Origin: Octopus vulgaris | Taxonomy: Eukaryota | Direction: 5' to 3' | NCBI GenBank assembly: GCA_951406725.2 | Contig: OX597822.1 | Coordinates: 49,166,001-49,230,000 of the forward strand | DNA: 64,000 bases | In this document: in pieces, positions 1 through 14,160 of the stretch | Layout of the letters: the number at the start of each line of letters is the position of its first letter | Numbering within the stretch: the stretch's first letter is position 1 | Translations under genes and position numbers: made by a program | The notes under the pieces: model-generated | The model's database searches: none | The model's input: the letters and a program-made list of their open reading frames with translations, nothing else | What the model was told of the DNA's origin: nothing

Positions 1-540
1 AGAGAGTGAGAGCAGGAAGTGGAGTGTGCTATGGTGATGTGACGTATTGCTGTGTTAGGATTGACAGTAAAGTACATAGCTGTTATAACTTTAGCAACAT
101 ATATAAAGAACATAACGTATGTCAGTCTGATTTACTAAAATACAAATGATATTCATACATGAGTAAGTTAAGAAGGATTGACTGCTTATTGTTTTAATAA
201 ACATCGCTTCCTATCCACTTTTATATTGACGTGAAACATTTACATACATAGAAATAAGACTGTGAAGTTATAAAGTCTGCTTCGCAAACACGAGCTTTTG
301 GATTTGATTCCACTGCACGGCCTCTTGGGAAACTATTTATTTCCTTTTGCTCGACGAATCCAGGTGTGCGAATTTTGCTAGATGGAAACTGAACGGAAGT
401 CTATGTATGTCATTATTCAGTTTATTTCAAGATATCTTGCCAATAGTGAAAGAACTGGCTTCTAACCTACATCCAAGGCTCCTTCATTGGAATTTCAACA
501 TCAACAACAGGATATTTTTGCTTGTTCGTTTGTATGTATG

Positions 541-574
<34 letters not shown>

Positions 575-605
575 TGTATGTATGTATGTATGTATGTATG
601 TATGT

Positions 606-1238
606 GCAGATTTGTTTGTTTTATGTATGTATTCTTATGCATATAGTTGCATATCTAGACATGCTCATATATATTTAAATAATAAACTTCTGGAAAGTTT
701 TACAGATTTTTACAGTTCCAGCGATGGATTGGATCTGTAGTCTTCGAATTAACTTTCTCCATGCTGGTTTTGAGAAGCCTAATTTCTCATGATTGGTATT
801 TAAACAGTGTGTTACATATCCCAGGGCCCCAATAATTATAGGTGTAAACCTGAACTTGTAATCTGGATAGAGTAACTGCAGACTTCTCAATAGTTCAGCA
901 TATGTGTTCTCCTTTTCATCGATTTTCAGCTTTATGCTAACATCCGCTGGGCAGCTAATTTCCACAGGTTTATTGAGGTCTTCACTGATACACTCCACCA
1001 GTATTCCTTTTCATTATGAGTAGCTATGGCTTCTTGCATGTCCTCGGGATTATCCTTCCGATGGATTTCATTATAGTGTCCTAGCTACAACGTCATGGTT
1101 CATCGGTAGATAATACACCGATGGCATTTTCTGACAACTGCTTATGATGTGGGTGGTAATCTTCAGCATGAACTCCACAGAGTTTGTATCGGTTGTAACA
1201 TTTTACGACTTTTTCCGTATGTGCATCAGGTATTTGAC
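606..1238 (-). mobile_element. 5'-truncated R4/Dong-clade non-LTR retrotransposon 3' end (zinc finger and restriction-like endonuclease), decayed
   Basis: Minus frames read KLCGVHAED..HIISSCQKMPSVYYLPMNHDVVA (CCHC-type finger), then VEISCPADVSIKLKIDEKENTYAELLRSLQLLYPDYKFRFTPIIIGALG (RLE with PIIIGALG motif). Flanked by (TATG)n on both sides. Confidence 0.85.
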
Positions 1239-1309
1239 TGTATGTATGTATGTATGTATGCATGTATGTATGTATGTGTATGTATGTATGTATGTATGTA
1301 TGTATGTAT

Positions 1310-3310
1310 TGGTTAAAAAAGAATGCAGGAACTTTTGAGATAGCATTTTATTTCCCAAGAATTTTTGACCTTATTATTTAAAAACTAATTATAACTTTTG
1401 ACTGTCTTAAGTGGTTCAAGAAACAGCCTTTTATGCCATTTAAGTATCGTACACAGAGACATTTTTTCAGAAACTAGTACAATTGAAATAGATGAACATG
1501 CTTAAAAATATAGACTAACAGGATATAACCGTTTCTATAGAAAATCAGAGTGGAAATAATATCCAAATTAGTTGCTATCGATGGATTTCCATAAATGTAA
1601 CAGATAAAAGTGCTTTTATCACAAAAGCTATTACAGACAAAGGTTTAATTTTATCAAAACATGGTTCTCATTTAATGCAGCTAATTCAACGCTAATATAA
1701 TTTGAAAAATATTGAAATTAAATTTTGTGATTAAAATATGAAGTATAAAAACGAGGGTCTGAAAAAATTCAATATTTCTTTGGATGAAAAAATATTTTTG
1801 CGTAATCGCATTAATTTAAATAATACAAATGTACACTCATCCGGCAAATTGTGGAATTTAAGAATAACCAAAATTTATGAAAGTTTACTTGGAGGAAACA
1901 TGATTGGACTTTAAGAAACTAAATTCCTGTATTCAAACTTGTCTTGAAAAAAGTAGTTGCAGCCACAACTGATAGAACCAGTGACAGGGTTAAATTTGGT
2001 AAGGAGACTGACTGCGAGCATCAGTCGATTTACTCATACAGACATCAGTTGGCTTTTGTGATGTTCTTTACAAGAAAAAAAGCTGAATCAAATTGTATTA
2101 GAATTAGTTCAACTATTGATTCCTTCAACGACAAGGGACTTGAAGGTACATCCGAGAATGAGGATTAAAATACAGATTCTGTAGTAACAAATGTGATTAA
2201 TAATTATGCTAACCTATTACAAATTGAATTTAGTTTAAGTGTAGAAGCACCGCGCCACCCACTGGATATATCATTAAAAAGCGAGAACAATCGTCTCTTC
2301 ATTTGATTTCCGATAAATAAAAATAAGGAAATACTTCGGAAATCTGTTGAAGAGGAGTTTGGTCAGAAATTGTAATTATCCAATGATTCAAAGAAAAGTT
2401 AGAATAGTCTAGTTGCAATGTTAGAACTGTTCCTGTTCGTTAAAACTGCGTTGTGAAAGTTATCGTTAAGAACCGACCTCTCGACATTTAGACAATGAAT
2501 TTGATGCTATTAATGATGCTATTCTTGCTGAGAGAATGTGTCAAGAGAAGTTCGAATACCAAAGGAATAAAGATCCGATTGGATTGATGACATATTTAAA
2601 AGAGTCTCTTTTAATTCTTGGGTGCACTTGAATCATTTCTAATTTTATCATTAAAAACTTTACTGCACAACACTGCAAAGGAACTGCATGAAAGATGTTC
2701 ATCGTTTGTGAGTAGAGTCTTCTGTATTCCGTCCCTGATAATTGTAGCATCCATTTCATCAAAAGAAACGTCCCTAATACAAAGATGAAATGTTGCCATT
2801 AACAAATCTGTTGCATACAATCAAGCCAATCATTTTCTGGTACAAATAAAGGTTGTCAAAGAGATAAACATGTTTCAAATTACTAGACACGGGAGTGTTA
2901 ACTTGCCCAAACTTCTTTGTTCTCAGTACTATTCAACCAACTTCCATTAAAGCAGAGAACCATTTTGCGTCAGAACCCTTTCTTACAAACTTACAATCAA
3001 GTTAAAGTATGAGCACCATCAACAATGTATACTACGTCGGATAATACTATCAATCAGATTGAAATATGTTTTAGTATTCGGGAAAATTTGAATCGTATTT
3101 TTGTCCGCAAATTGTTAGATTTTCTATATAAGTAGATACATTTTCCCTGATGGGACATATTTTAATGGTCTGGATTCTTGCTTTCTGTTCTTAAAGACAC
3201 TAAATTATTAAATGAGAGATTAAAAAAATGAAAACAATTAATTTAGTCTATTCCTAGAGGCGCAGATATTTTATATTCCGGATACCTGAGAACCGAATTT
3301 GAGAAACCGT
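1310..3310 (+). mobile_element. Decayed hAT (hATx-like) DNA transposon
   Basis: Frameshifted pieces: SKLVAIDGFP, FNISLDE...NVHSSGKLWNL, VVAATTDRTSDRVKFGKETDCEHQ (TTDGAS-type catalytic region) and TIQPTSIKAENHFAS...LQSS (hAT dimerisation-domain motif PTSxxxERxFS). Ends not precisely defined. Confidence 0.7.
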
Positions 3311-4312
3311 ATGATATATATGAATGCAAACTTAAATTCCAACCTCATCAAGGGCCGGGCACACGGCATCAAAAGTGGCTCAGAGAGCAATCCAAATCGA
3401 ACTGTTATTTTGGTAGCAAGGCAATTTACATGGAACACAAAATACATTATATAACAGAGAAAAAAATTATCAGCTTTATGTCTGGCATTTGTCTCACGGC
3501 TCTCCATTTTGTCTTGCCTCTTAACTATCATGTTTCTCCCAGAAAAGTATTTTCCACCCCACTCTCCAAAAGGAAAATCAGACTTGCTTAACTATTTCAT
3601 ACTAACTGATCACTGGTTGTAGGCCTATGGCAGCATGTAAATATCACCTTTGAATATAGTAAGTCGGGCCTCTTGAAACAACTGACGAGATATTACATAC
3701 ATAACACACACACACACATACATATTATAGCCTGCATTTTATGATCCCTATAAATATATCTCCCAGACCTAAATGTATTTTTCTACCATATTACTTCTCT
3801 CTTCCTTTCCCTCTCTCTTTCTCTGTCTGTCCGTCTGTCTACCTATATACACTGTTGACAGATATACTCATATATCCAGAATGGAAATTTGAACGAGACT
3901 TCGAAGTTTGGCCATTGGCCGGCTTCTCTGGACTGCGATTACTTTACTTGTTATAAGCGTAATTCTCTCTCAGAGTGAGGTATGGTGAGTTTCCTGTAGG
4001 AGGATTAACCAATAGAAAACTGCACTGAAAAATAATATTTATTGTTGTTTAATGGGGCTGAATATTAAACAAGAATAAATGATTGAAAAACGGATTTGGG
4101 TCGGTGATGATTAATTCAATGTTAAGCCACTACTGAATTTCTTGGCAAAAAATAATTTATTGTTTGAATTTCATCGTCGTTCGCTGTAACTACGCAGACA
4201 GGTATCAAATTGGAACAATAATTTATATGCAGACTTTAGAGATTGTAAATAAATGATACACAGAACAAAAATAAATGTAGTTTTCAAAGTGCATTACTAT
4301 ACACAAACACAT

Positions 4313-4347
<35 letters not shown>

Positions 4348-4614
4348 GTATATATATGTATGTGTGTGTGTGTGTAGTTATATACAAACATGCACTCTCA
4401 GACATACGCACAAATACACCAAATAATGTAATCAGACGCTGACATCCTCACATGTGTTTACATACACGCGTGCGCGCGCACACACACACAAAGAGAGAAA
4501 AAGAGAAAGAGAGAAAGGAAGAGAGAGAAGGAGTAAGGCAGATAGAAACAGATGTAAGATCTATATTACATAGAACACAAAATACAGACTATAAAATGAA
4601 GAAAAGAATATATA

Positions 4615-5346
4615 CAGGGCGTGATGAGTAAATCTTATATTTTAAATTTCGCTGTACTGCTCGGCATTCGCGCCGAAAGCTCCCATATGAGCATTTCAGA
4701 GTGTTTGGGTGTCAATCTGAGGACATGTACCGAGAGTGATAAAAATCAAACATCCAGTCAATATCATGGTGTTTGGAGTGATCACTAGTGATGGCGACGT
4801 TATGCCTCCGTTCATCTTCCCACACGGCCTCACACTCAATACGGAGACCTACATCAAGTGCCTGGAGGAGCTAGTGCTGCCCTGGGTCAAGAGGGTGGTA
4901 GCTGGAAAACCCTATGTCTGGCAAATGGACTCTGCACCATGCCACACAAGCAGGAAAACCCAGTCATGGCTGTCAGACAATTTCTGCGACCACATCACCC
5001 CTAACAGTTGGCCACCTAACTCCCCAGACGCAACTACCTTGATTATTATGTGTGGGGTGGAGTTGAGCGACACTAACAAAACTCCTTGTAACACCAAAGA
5101 TGAACTGAAGGCAAGGATTATGGCAGCATTCACCAACTTAAACAAGGAGAGCGTCCAGAAAAGTTGCATAAGATTCCGAAGTCTGGAGGCCGTGGTTGAA
5201 GCCAATGCGATTTTATTGAATAAATTTACTCATTAGTATTTCAAGAAATTTTAATATGGTTTTGGTAAATATATCTGTTAAAATGAAATGTCAGTGTTAT
5301 TTCCAATTTTGCGTACTTTAGACGACAATATATTCACCGCACCCCT
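4615..5346 (+). mobile_element. Internally deleted maT (DD37D) Tc1/mariner element
   Basis: ORF 4736-5236: IMVFGVITSDG...WQMDSAPCHTSRKTQSWL...WPPNSPD. Correcting a 1-bp deletion restores NYLDYYVW, giving 37 residues between the catalytic Ds. Degenerate TIRs: TA-CAGGGCGTGATGAGTAAAT and ATATTCACCGCACCCC. Confidence 0.85.
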
Positions 5347-6489
5347 TATAATAAAACATTATTTGATGTCTTATCTCTACAGCTGTTCCAGGAGGCTCAG
5401 ATTACGTTACACCCATATTCATAGGTGATACGTGCATGCTGTCATAGGTGTGTGACCAGCGACCAGTCCATGTGAAATTTTCCTTGTGAATATTGGCATA
5501 TATCTGCCAACTTTGTGTGTGTGCATGTATATATATAAATTTAACGGGATAATAAACCAACTAAACGATTAAGCATAGGATCACCATGCTACGATCCCCT
5601 GTAATCCGATAGCATTGACTACGTACCTGCTGGATTCAGAGTCGCTCTAGCAGCATTAAAATTTTTATACTATTTTTTTTTCGCGATGTTTTCCATCATT
5701 AAATATATCGTTATTCGTCTTGGAGAAAAACGAAACACATGCATCATATTTCTAAAATATTTCCATGATTTATAGCCAGAATGCTTTTGATAATAAGTCC
5801 GTTCGATTAGGGTCAACTCAGAGATAAACGACAATAACGGGAGCAACAACAACAGTAACATTAACAACAACAACAGTAACATTAACAACAACAACAACGA
5901 CGACAACAATAACATAAAAAAACATCATTAATAGCATTTCTTTAATAATTATATTGAGTTATTTTCTAAAGGCAATCCAATCAGCCACTTCGTTTTCATT
6001 CATTAGCACCAAGTCCAATTTTGATTTTTCCCCTACTTAACATCAAATACACTCTTATTAACGCCACCATATTGGATCTTTGTAACACTATTTTTTTTCC
6101 TAATTTGTCGCCGGTGAGAAAATAGCAAATTATAAATGAGGTTTTAATTAATGTTTCGATATCTTAGACACACACATACACACTCACGCACACACCCGCA
6201 CATACACACTAATGGGCGTAGACTACAACAGCTACATTGCATATATTTGCATTAATTCCGACCTCAGATAATTCTTTTCTGTTAATATAACAGCTTCAAA
6301 ACGCAGGAATGGCCCTATTGTTAACAGGTTTACTTTGTAATTATGTAGTCCTGGGATCGATCCCATTACTCTATCATAACATTGTTACTGTGTCGCTGGA
6401 ATTCAGTAGTGAGGAATGTGCACAGAAGTACGACGGACTACGTGTACATACATACACATACATACAGATATATATTTTTAATTGTTTTA

Positions 6490-6870
6490 CTTGTTTTAGT
6501 CATTAGACTGCGGCCATGCTGGAGATCCACCTTTTAGTCGAACAAATCGACTCCAGGATTTATTCTTTGTAAGCCTAGTACTTATGTCAGGCTCTTTTGC
6601 CGAACCGCTCAATTTCGTAGACGTAAACACACCAACATCGGTTGTTAAGCGATGGTTGGGTGACAAAAGGACATACAAATACATACCTACTTATATATAT
6701 ATATATATATACGATAGTCTTCTTTCAGTTTCCTTCTACCAAATCTCACAAGGATCTGGGCGGCCCGAGGCTATAGGACAAGACACTTGCCCAAGGTGCT
6801 ACGCAGTGGGACTGAACCCAGAACCATGTGGTTGGTAAGCAAGCTTCTTACCACACAACTTCCCTCTTGC
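6490..6870 (-). mobile_element. tRNA-derived octopus-type SINE (family A)
   Basis: Reverse copy with ...CCACATGGTTCTGGGTTCAGTCCCACTGCGT...GGGCAAGTGTC head and CAGCATGGCCGCAGTC-AATGACT tail, shared with many copies in the window. Confidence 0.85.
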
Positions 6871-6881
6871 GGTTTTATATA

Positions 6882-7009
<128 letters not shown>

Positions 7010-7527
7010 CAGGTGAGATTAAGAGATGCTCAGCATAGAAGACACGTAGTGGTGCTCAAATGATTTGAGCATACACTCCTAAGTCTTTAGCGAGGACCAA
7101 GTCCGCGGAGTAAAGAGTGGCTATAACAGAAAGCCAAGTGAGCTGTTATGGAGATAGTAATGATAAACACGATTAGGCTTTACGTATAACATATACAGAC
7201 AAACATATACAGACAAACATATACACATATATAATTTAAAATTTTCCCGCATCAAGATGTGAACTGCTATTTGCCAATTTTCATTTTTGTCGAAGTAAGT
7301 CAGTATTACGGTGTTTCCCCATTTCATCTGCTAATTATGAAAATTACTATTACGTATTTCAGAACTCCCAGAAACAGCTTTCGGACTTAACATACTACTC
7401 ATTCTCCACTTAGTGTTTCTGTATTTTCTGTGCTCTATGAAAATTTATTTGGTAAATATATAATATCTAAATGCTTGTGTATGAAAGATCATCTGGATAT
7501 TTTCAGTTTTTGTTTCTCTCTCTCTCT

Positions 7528-7591
<64 letters not shown>

Positions 7592-7667
7592 ATTTATATC
7601 CATATGTGTATATGTATGTATATATTTATCTGCATTTCTCTTTCTTTCTATCTCTCACTCACTCTCT

Positions 7668-7722
<55 letters not shown>

Positions 7723-9718
7723 TATATACACATAAATTAAAGGCGGAGGTAACCAAAACCAAGGTAGGACAATCTTCTCAGATCATTTAAACTATTTTGA
7801 TTATATTAATAGTGAGGCTTAAACCCTTCCTATTCTATACACACACGCGCACACACACACACACATACATACATACATACATACATACATACATACATAC
7901 ATACATACATACATACATACATACATACATACATACATACATACATACATACTAATATATATATATATATATATGCAGCCTTCGAAACATATGTCGAAAA
8001 TAAAATAAAGGAATTTTGTTAATTCGTCGTTCAACTCCATTCTTTCATTTATTTGTATATATATATATATTTATTTATACACACTTACAAACATATATAC
8101 GTGAACACGTTTATATAGTTCATCGTACAGCACTGAATGGGTGAAAATCCGTTGCTCCACCGATTCACTAGTAGTCCTTGTCAGGATCGTAATCAGAAAT
8201 GTAGTGAAACAGTGATTTTGCCTGTTGGAAGAACTTTAAACGATGATGCTGTTGTTTACAAATTATGATATAAAGCGAGAACATGTCTTATTAGTCACGC
8301 TATCTCGTTGGAGGCGATCAAAATAAATAGTTGTCTTCATTAATATCTTGATTAATTCACTAACTTTATCCATCATTCAATATTCGGTAATTTACTTATT
8401 ACGTTTCCATTCAAGATTATTTATTTTGTTACGATAGTATCCATTTCATTGTTTTATTAAGAAGTTCTTATGCTTAACACGTTTTACAGATAAACTTGTC
8501 ATATGCCAATGTTTATCGCTCGCGATGATAGTTTCTATGAAATCACGGCAATCCACTGAACCTTTTCTATGAAAAGCCACAAAGAATAAGTGTAATGTGA
8601 TTATTTAGTTGAGCACTTTGCAGTAAAAGATATAAATATCACTGAGACGTAATTAATACTTTCTACTGTATCAATTCACGCTTCGCTTAGGTCACTTAGG
8701 TCGAGAAGGATATGAACATCACTCAATCAATGTCTTTTACTTTCTTTACAAATGGTCGACTTTAAGTATAACTAAACAAAATTAAACAAAAAATAACGAA
8801 TTCAGATCGTCTTAAGACACTACTTTTTTGGCTTGCACTGAGTGTTTTGTTTTGACCGCTTAGTTCTCAAACGCTTCATCATGCAATTCATAAATTTGTT
8901 TACACAGAAGTATGATTAATAAAATCAAGTACTAGTTGTCTTTTTTCTTTTCACTTCAAAGATGTTTTTTTTTAAAAAAATATTTCCATGTGAAGAGTAC
9001 CAGTAATATTTCATTTAATGCCCCCTGCATCACGGTGTCAAAAACATGGACAATACCGGTTTAGGCACAAATATTAAAAATAGTTTTGGTGGCGGGTTCA
9101 TTCATATGTTTCAACACATGAATATTGAAATAAATACACTTCTACTAAAGGCAGAGGGTGTCAACTTTCTAGAAACAGCACCCTAATCTTCAAACTGTGT
9201 CCTATCGTCTTCCGAACTTTCTTAGATACAGTTTGAAACGACGTTAGTATGGTTACCATTAGAATATCTTTGATAACAGGTCTGCCAGTTCAAGGCCAAA
9301 ATAACAATATATCTACAACCATCACCTCAATAACACCACACTTATAGGAGTTTTGATAGATTTTTAGCTCTCCCCTTTTATAACTATTTTAAAATTTTAT
9401 TTATTTATTCTTCCAAATATTTCAAATTAACCCAACTCAGAAAAAATCACCAAAGCTATATTAATGTGAAAAGAGCGACACTTCTTACAATGCCCTAAGT
9501 CAAGAAGGCATTATCACTGCTCCAATAACAACAACATTGATACGTTAGTAGTTGACTGATGATAGCTTAGCATTTACTCGGAGTAAAATTTGAAATTGTG
9601 ATGAACTATCATTAAAGGACTTTGAAACTTCCTACTACACACTCACTCCTGCGCCTATATATATATATATATATATATACAAATTATATATATATATGTA
9701 TATATATATATATGTATG

Positions 9719-9826
<108 letters not shown>

Positions 9827-9829
9827 TAC

Positions 9830-9972
9830 AGAAGTGGGTGTGTGGTAATTAGCTTGCTTACCAACGACATGGTTCCAGGTTCAGTCCCACTGCGTGGCAC
9901 CTTGAGCAAGTGTCTTCTACTGTAGCCTCGGACCGACCAAAGACTTGTGAGAGGATTTTGTAAACGGAAACA
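9830..9972 (+). mobile_element. SINE family A, 5' half
   Basis: GTGTGGTAATTAGCTTGCTTACC...GGTTCAGTCCCACTGCGTGGCACCTTGAGCAAGTGTC, embedded between (TA)n tracts. Confidence 0.8.
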
Positions 9973-9994
9973 TATATATATATATATATATATG

Positions 9995-11916
9995 TGTTTG
10001 GAGGCGTATCCCGCTTCCCCCAAAATGTTCACTTTTAGTGAATAGTTTTTTTCAAAAATTGTGAGAATTTAGAAGATACAACAACTTCTTTTACCAATTT
10101 TTGTGAAAGCTGTGTTCCAAGTTGTGGCGTCCCGGGTTCAAATTGGAGTACCAAGTGGGCCTGGATTACTTAGTAGCCAGAAAACTTTTTGCTTGCTGTG
10201 TTTTTTTAAACTGTAGACTGTTTTCTTTTCTTCTATCTTTTATTTGTGACTTTCTTTTTATGGAACTGTTTTCTTTTTTATTTCTCCCTTTTGTTGAGAC
10301 TTTCTTTTGATTTCTTTCTTCTTCCTTCTTTTTCTTTTGAATTTTTTTCGTGAACTGTTTGAACTTTGTGTTTAAAGAAAAACATGGCAAAGAACAAGGA
10401 AAATGTTTTGGAGTGGGAAATTGTCCAACCCAAACAGTGGTCGAAAGACTGTGAAGGGAGGACGGTGTTGAGGACTTACTCCAAGTCGCTCAACACCATC
10501 GTCCTATTTCAAAAGAATGTTATTGAAAGGGAGTTTGCAGGGTATCTGCCAACCACTAAATTCATATCCGGGCGGGGGGGGGGGTCAAATATGTAACGGC
10601 GTGGTTGCTATTTGACACCCCTAAGGAGGCTCGTAAATTTGCGAGCCAGCCATTGGAAGGCAGAGAGATTTTATTCATTCCCGCGTATTGTGGGAGGAAG
10701 TTGACGAGGGCTTAGGTTTGTGGTTTGCCACCCGGAATAGAACCCGAGTGGGTAGAGGACACAATCCAACGGGGTTTGGGTGGCAGCGGAGCCAAGCTCC
10801 TCAATGTAAAAATTTTACCTGTGGCTGATTGAGTGGGGTCAAAAGCGGTTTTGACCCTGTGGACCCAATCAGCCAAAAATCTGGTATTACCAGATTTTTT
10901 GAAAATGTCCGGGTGCAGGTACCCGGTGATTCTTGAGGGTCGCTCCAAGTGTCATCGGTGCCTGGAGCCTGGCCATATAAAGGAGAACTGTCCCTAGGAA
11001 CAAAGTAAGGTCATGGAGCAGTTGGTTGAGACGTCTGTATAAGAGGGAACGAAGCCGGCCGAAGAGGCAGAGGACACTTCAAAGAAGGGCCGCAACAATG
11101 GGTACTCACCGAAGGATCCTAGGGATGAGGGAGGGGAGGCAAATCTATCGGTCACGGAGGAGATGCACCCTCCCTCAGCTGAGAAAAAAAAAGAGGAAGG
11201 GGAAGAGAAACGGGACATTGCCGGCAGTCGGTGACATAGTACCGGAATGTCCCGGAACCTCGTCGGTGAGGGTTTGTGCCACCGGCAGGGGAATAGACAC
11301 CGTCGGTGGGATTTGTTCCGCCGACGGTGGAAGTGACTAGCTCATCCCCGGAGGAAGACGAATTACTGGTCTTCTTCTACGGAGGCGGGGAGGTGAAGAA
11401 GATGTTGGAAAAACATCATAAGGGAGTACCTTTAGCCTGCACCGAATGACCTCCGCAGATAGCTGTGGAGGTGATAACGTTGCCCGCGTTGCGCAGGCTG
11501 GAGGGACACAACGAAGAATATCGCTTGTGGCCAGGCGACGCCGACATGGCACCCGCTTTGTGCTTGAATGAGGTGTGGGTGATGGCGGAGGATAGGGTCA
11601 CAAGCGACGTTGGTGAAGAATATGGATAAGAGGTTGAAAAGCCTTTGTGTTATTGAAAGGTCCTAGTTTGGAAACAAAGGTAAAAGGCTTAGAGCCTCAT
11701 TTTGTTATTGAATATTGTGAACAATGTAAGAGGTTTGATGCCTCATGAATAATATAAGAGTTCTATGTTCTCGTGAAAGAACGATCGGCGGGCGTCGCTT
11801 TTCCCCCATTTATCATAATTTTCAATTTTCATTTCATATAACATTATGTCTGTGTCCAGCCCGCAGCTTCCCATCTCTATGTAAGACCTTTATGGACAAT
11901 ATAATGAAATAAAGAA
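9995..11916 (+). mobile_element. ORF1/gag-only L1/Tx1-like retroelement (zinc knuckle), decayed
   Basis: T-rich leader; interrupted ORF from ATG ~10384 (MAKNKENVLEWEIVQPK...LLFDTPKEARKFASQPL...VCGLPPGIEPEWV...PVILEGRSKCHRCLEPGHIKENCP) with a perfect CX2CX4HX4C knuckle at ~10950-10992. Low-complexity tail, then a 3' end with AATAAA at ~11908. No EN or RT seen. Confidence 0.7.
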
Positions 11917-12290
11917 GCTTGCCTCCCAAACACATGGTTCCAGGTTCAGTCCTATTGGGCAATTGTCTTCTGCTATAGCCTCGGGCCGACCAAATCCTTG
12001 TGAGTGGATTTGGTATACGGAAACTGAAAGAAGCCCGTCGTTACACACACACACACACACACACACGCGCGCATATATATGTATTTGTGTGTTTGTGTTT
12101 GTCACCGCACCATCGCTAGACAAACGATGCTGGTGTGTTTACGTTCCCGTAATTTAGCAGTTTGGCAGTAGAGACCGATAGAATAAGTACTCGGCTTACA
12201 AAGAATAAGTCCTGGAGTCGATTTCTTCGACTATAGATGGTGCTCCAGCATGGCCGCAGTCAATGAGTGAAGCAATAAAAAATTCAAAGA
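11915..12290 (+). mobile_element. SINE family A (5' end clipped)
   Basis: GCTTGCCTCCCAAACACATGGTTCCAGGTTCAGTCC... internal (CA)n ...GCTCCAGCATGGCCGCAGTC. Confidence 0.85.
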
Positions 12291-12308
12291 GTATATGTAT
12301 ATATATTG

Positions 12309-12357
<49 letters not shown>

Positions 12358-12499
12358 CACACAAAATTGTTATTTGTTGGACTAAAATTGCTTCAGAAGA
12401 AGTCATTGCTACATTAGTGGTAGCGATAGCCCCAATCACATTAACAAACACGACACCAAATTATTTCTAAAAAAAAAACAAGTCTACAGAAAAAAAATG

Positions 12500-13750
12500 C
12501 TGTAGACAATGAAAAAAATTTATCATACAAAATTTTAGGTTTAAACAGTTGTGCAATGAAAGGGAAAGGAACATTATTGGTATGGGAAACATTGACAACT
12601 AAAGACAAAACAACCACTTGAAAACACTGTAGATCACAAGGAAATATTGGACTTGAGCTAACACAGGGGAAAAGAAAAGAAAATACATCACTAAAGTTTG
12701 TATCTTCTTGCTTGACGAATTTATCCAAAATAGATGGTGTGGAAATTAACAAAAGAGTGTATTTCATGTTACTTCGAAAGAGAAATCGAAAGAAGTCTTG
12801 CAGAATACATACTCCATCGATTGAGGTGGGTGGGGTACATGGAAATTGTCAGGTCATTAAGATCGAAAATTAGGTGCGGTGCTCTACAAACGTGTCTACA
12901 TCTGTTACAATTCATGTGTTTCAGGGATACGAAGATCTGGATCACAAATTTTGTCCCTCCCTTTGTGCAAGACTACAGGCATAAGGCGTCAAGTAACATC
13001 TACATAGAGTTCCTGGTCCCGATAACCTCTGATGACCACAAAACTCTGTATGCGAGTGTAAGAGCAAATAGGTAATCGATCAAACTGGTGGTGTAAGACA
13101 GAAGACCCAGTTGTTACACGAGTGTCAGAAAATGTCACTTGAGAGTCTTTTGTCTAGAAAAAGAGGGAATGAAAAATATAAAAAGGAGCTGGAAAACAAG
13201 AGAAGAAACAATAGCACCTGATCCCAGAGGCAAATACCATGGATACTGCTAACGTTTTTTTTATAGTGACACTGGTCACAGCTCCAAGCATAATCCAAGC
13301 GGAAGCAAACGAAATTATCTTATTCTCAGTGTCACCAGCATCAGGAGCCGATGTCAAGGGAAGATCCAACATAGGGTTAATTACTAAGGCTATGAGTGGG
13401 AGCTCTTCTCACCATCCTGCGAAGATGAGGAAGATATACAGGCAGGAGAGAAGTGTGAAAACGCCGGGAGTAGTGACAGAAGAAAGATGAGTGTGAAAGA
13501 AATGAGCTCAGATTAAAGGCAAGAGGCTGAAAGAAGTGCTCAAACTCACAAACTGTTTGAAATCCAGGGTTATCTAAATCGCCAATGATGACCTGACAGA
13601 ACTGCTCAATGACGTGAAGGAAGACTACAGGGATGCTACACTGCTACGAAGATGGGGACCGAATTCATTAAGCACCTAGATAATAGACCACGAGGTCTAT
13701 TGTGAGTTGTATGGAACTTTCTGACCAGTTAAAGAATTATCTTATAATAA
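12500..13750 (+). mobile_element. Heavily decayed second ORF1/gag-like retroelement remnant
   Basis: Coding-like composition. At ~13080-13160 it reads IKLVV*DRRPSCYTSVRKCHLRVFCLEK, a degenerate V-V-E-G-R-R-P-x-CX2CX4HX4C knuckle in the same context as the 10.9 kb element. Confidence 0.45.
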
Positions 13751-14117
13751 TTCTGCTTGTCATCCCGCTTACTTAGCCGTCAGTAACGCTTTCACGTGAT
13801 TAGAGAAAAGAGGGAGATAGAAGTGTCCACGATGTAAGCTAGAAAGAATGTAGCGCTTTCACGTGATTAGTTGGAGAGAAAAAAGAAGGAAAAGGAGAAA
13901 GAAAAAGAGGATAAGGTGAAGAGTGAGACAGAAAGTGAAAGAAATAAAAATGAGAGAGAGAAAAGTGGGAGAAAGCAGCGTCCATGATGCGAGGTAGAGG
14001 GAACGTAATATTTATTACATGGTTAGAAAAGTTAGTTGAAGGCAGTGATGATATAGAGGAGGAGAGTTAAATATATAATTCTAGCAGAGGGGTGATGTTG
14101 TGATGGTGAGATTAAAG

Positions 14118-14160
<43 letters not shown>

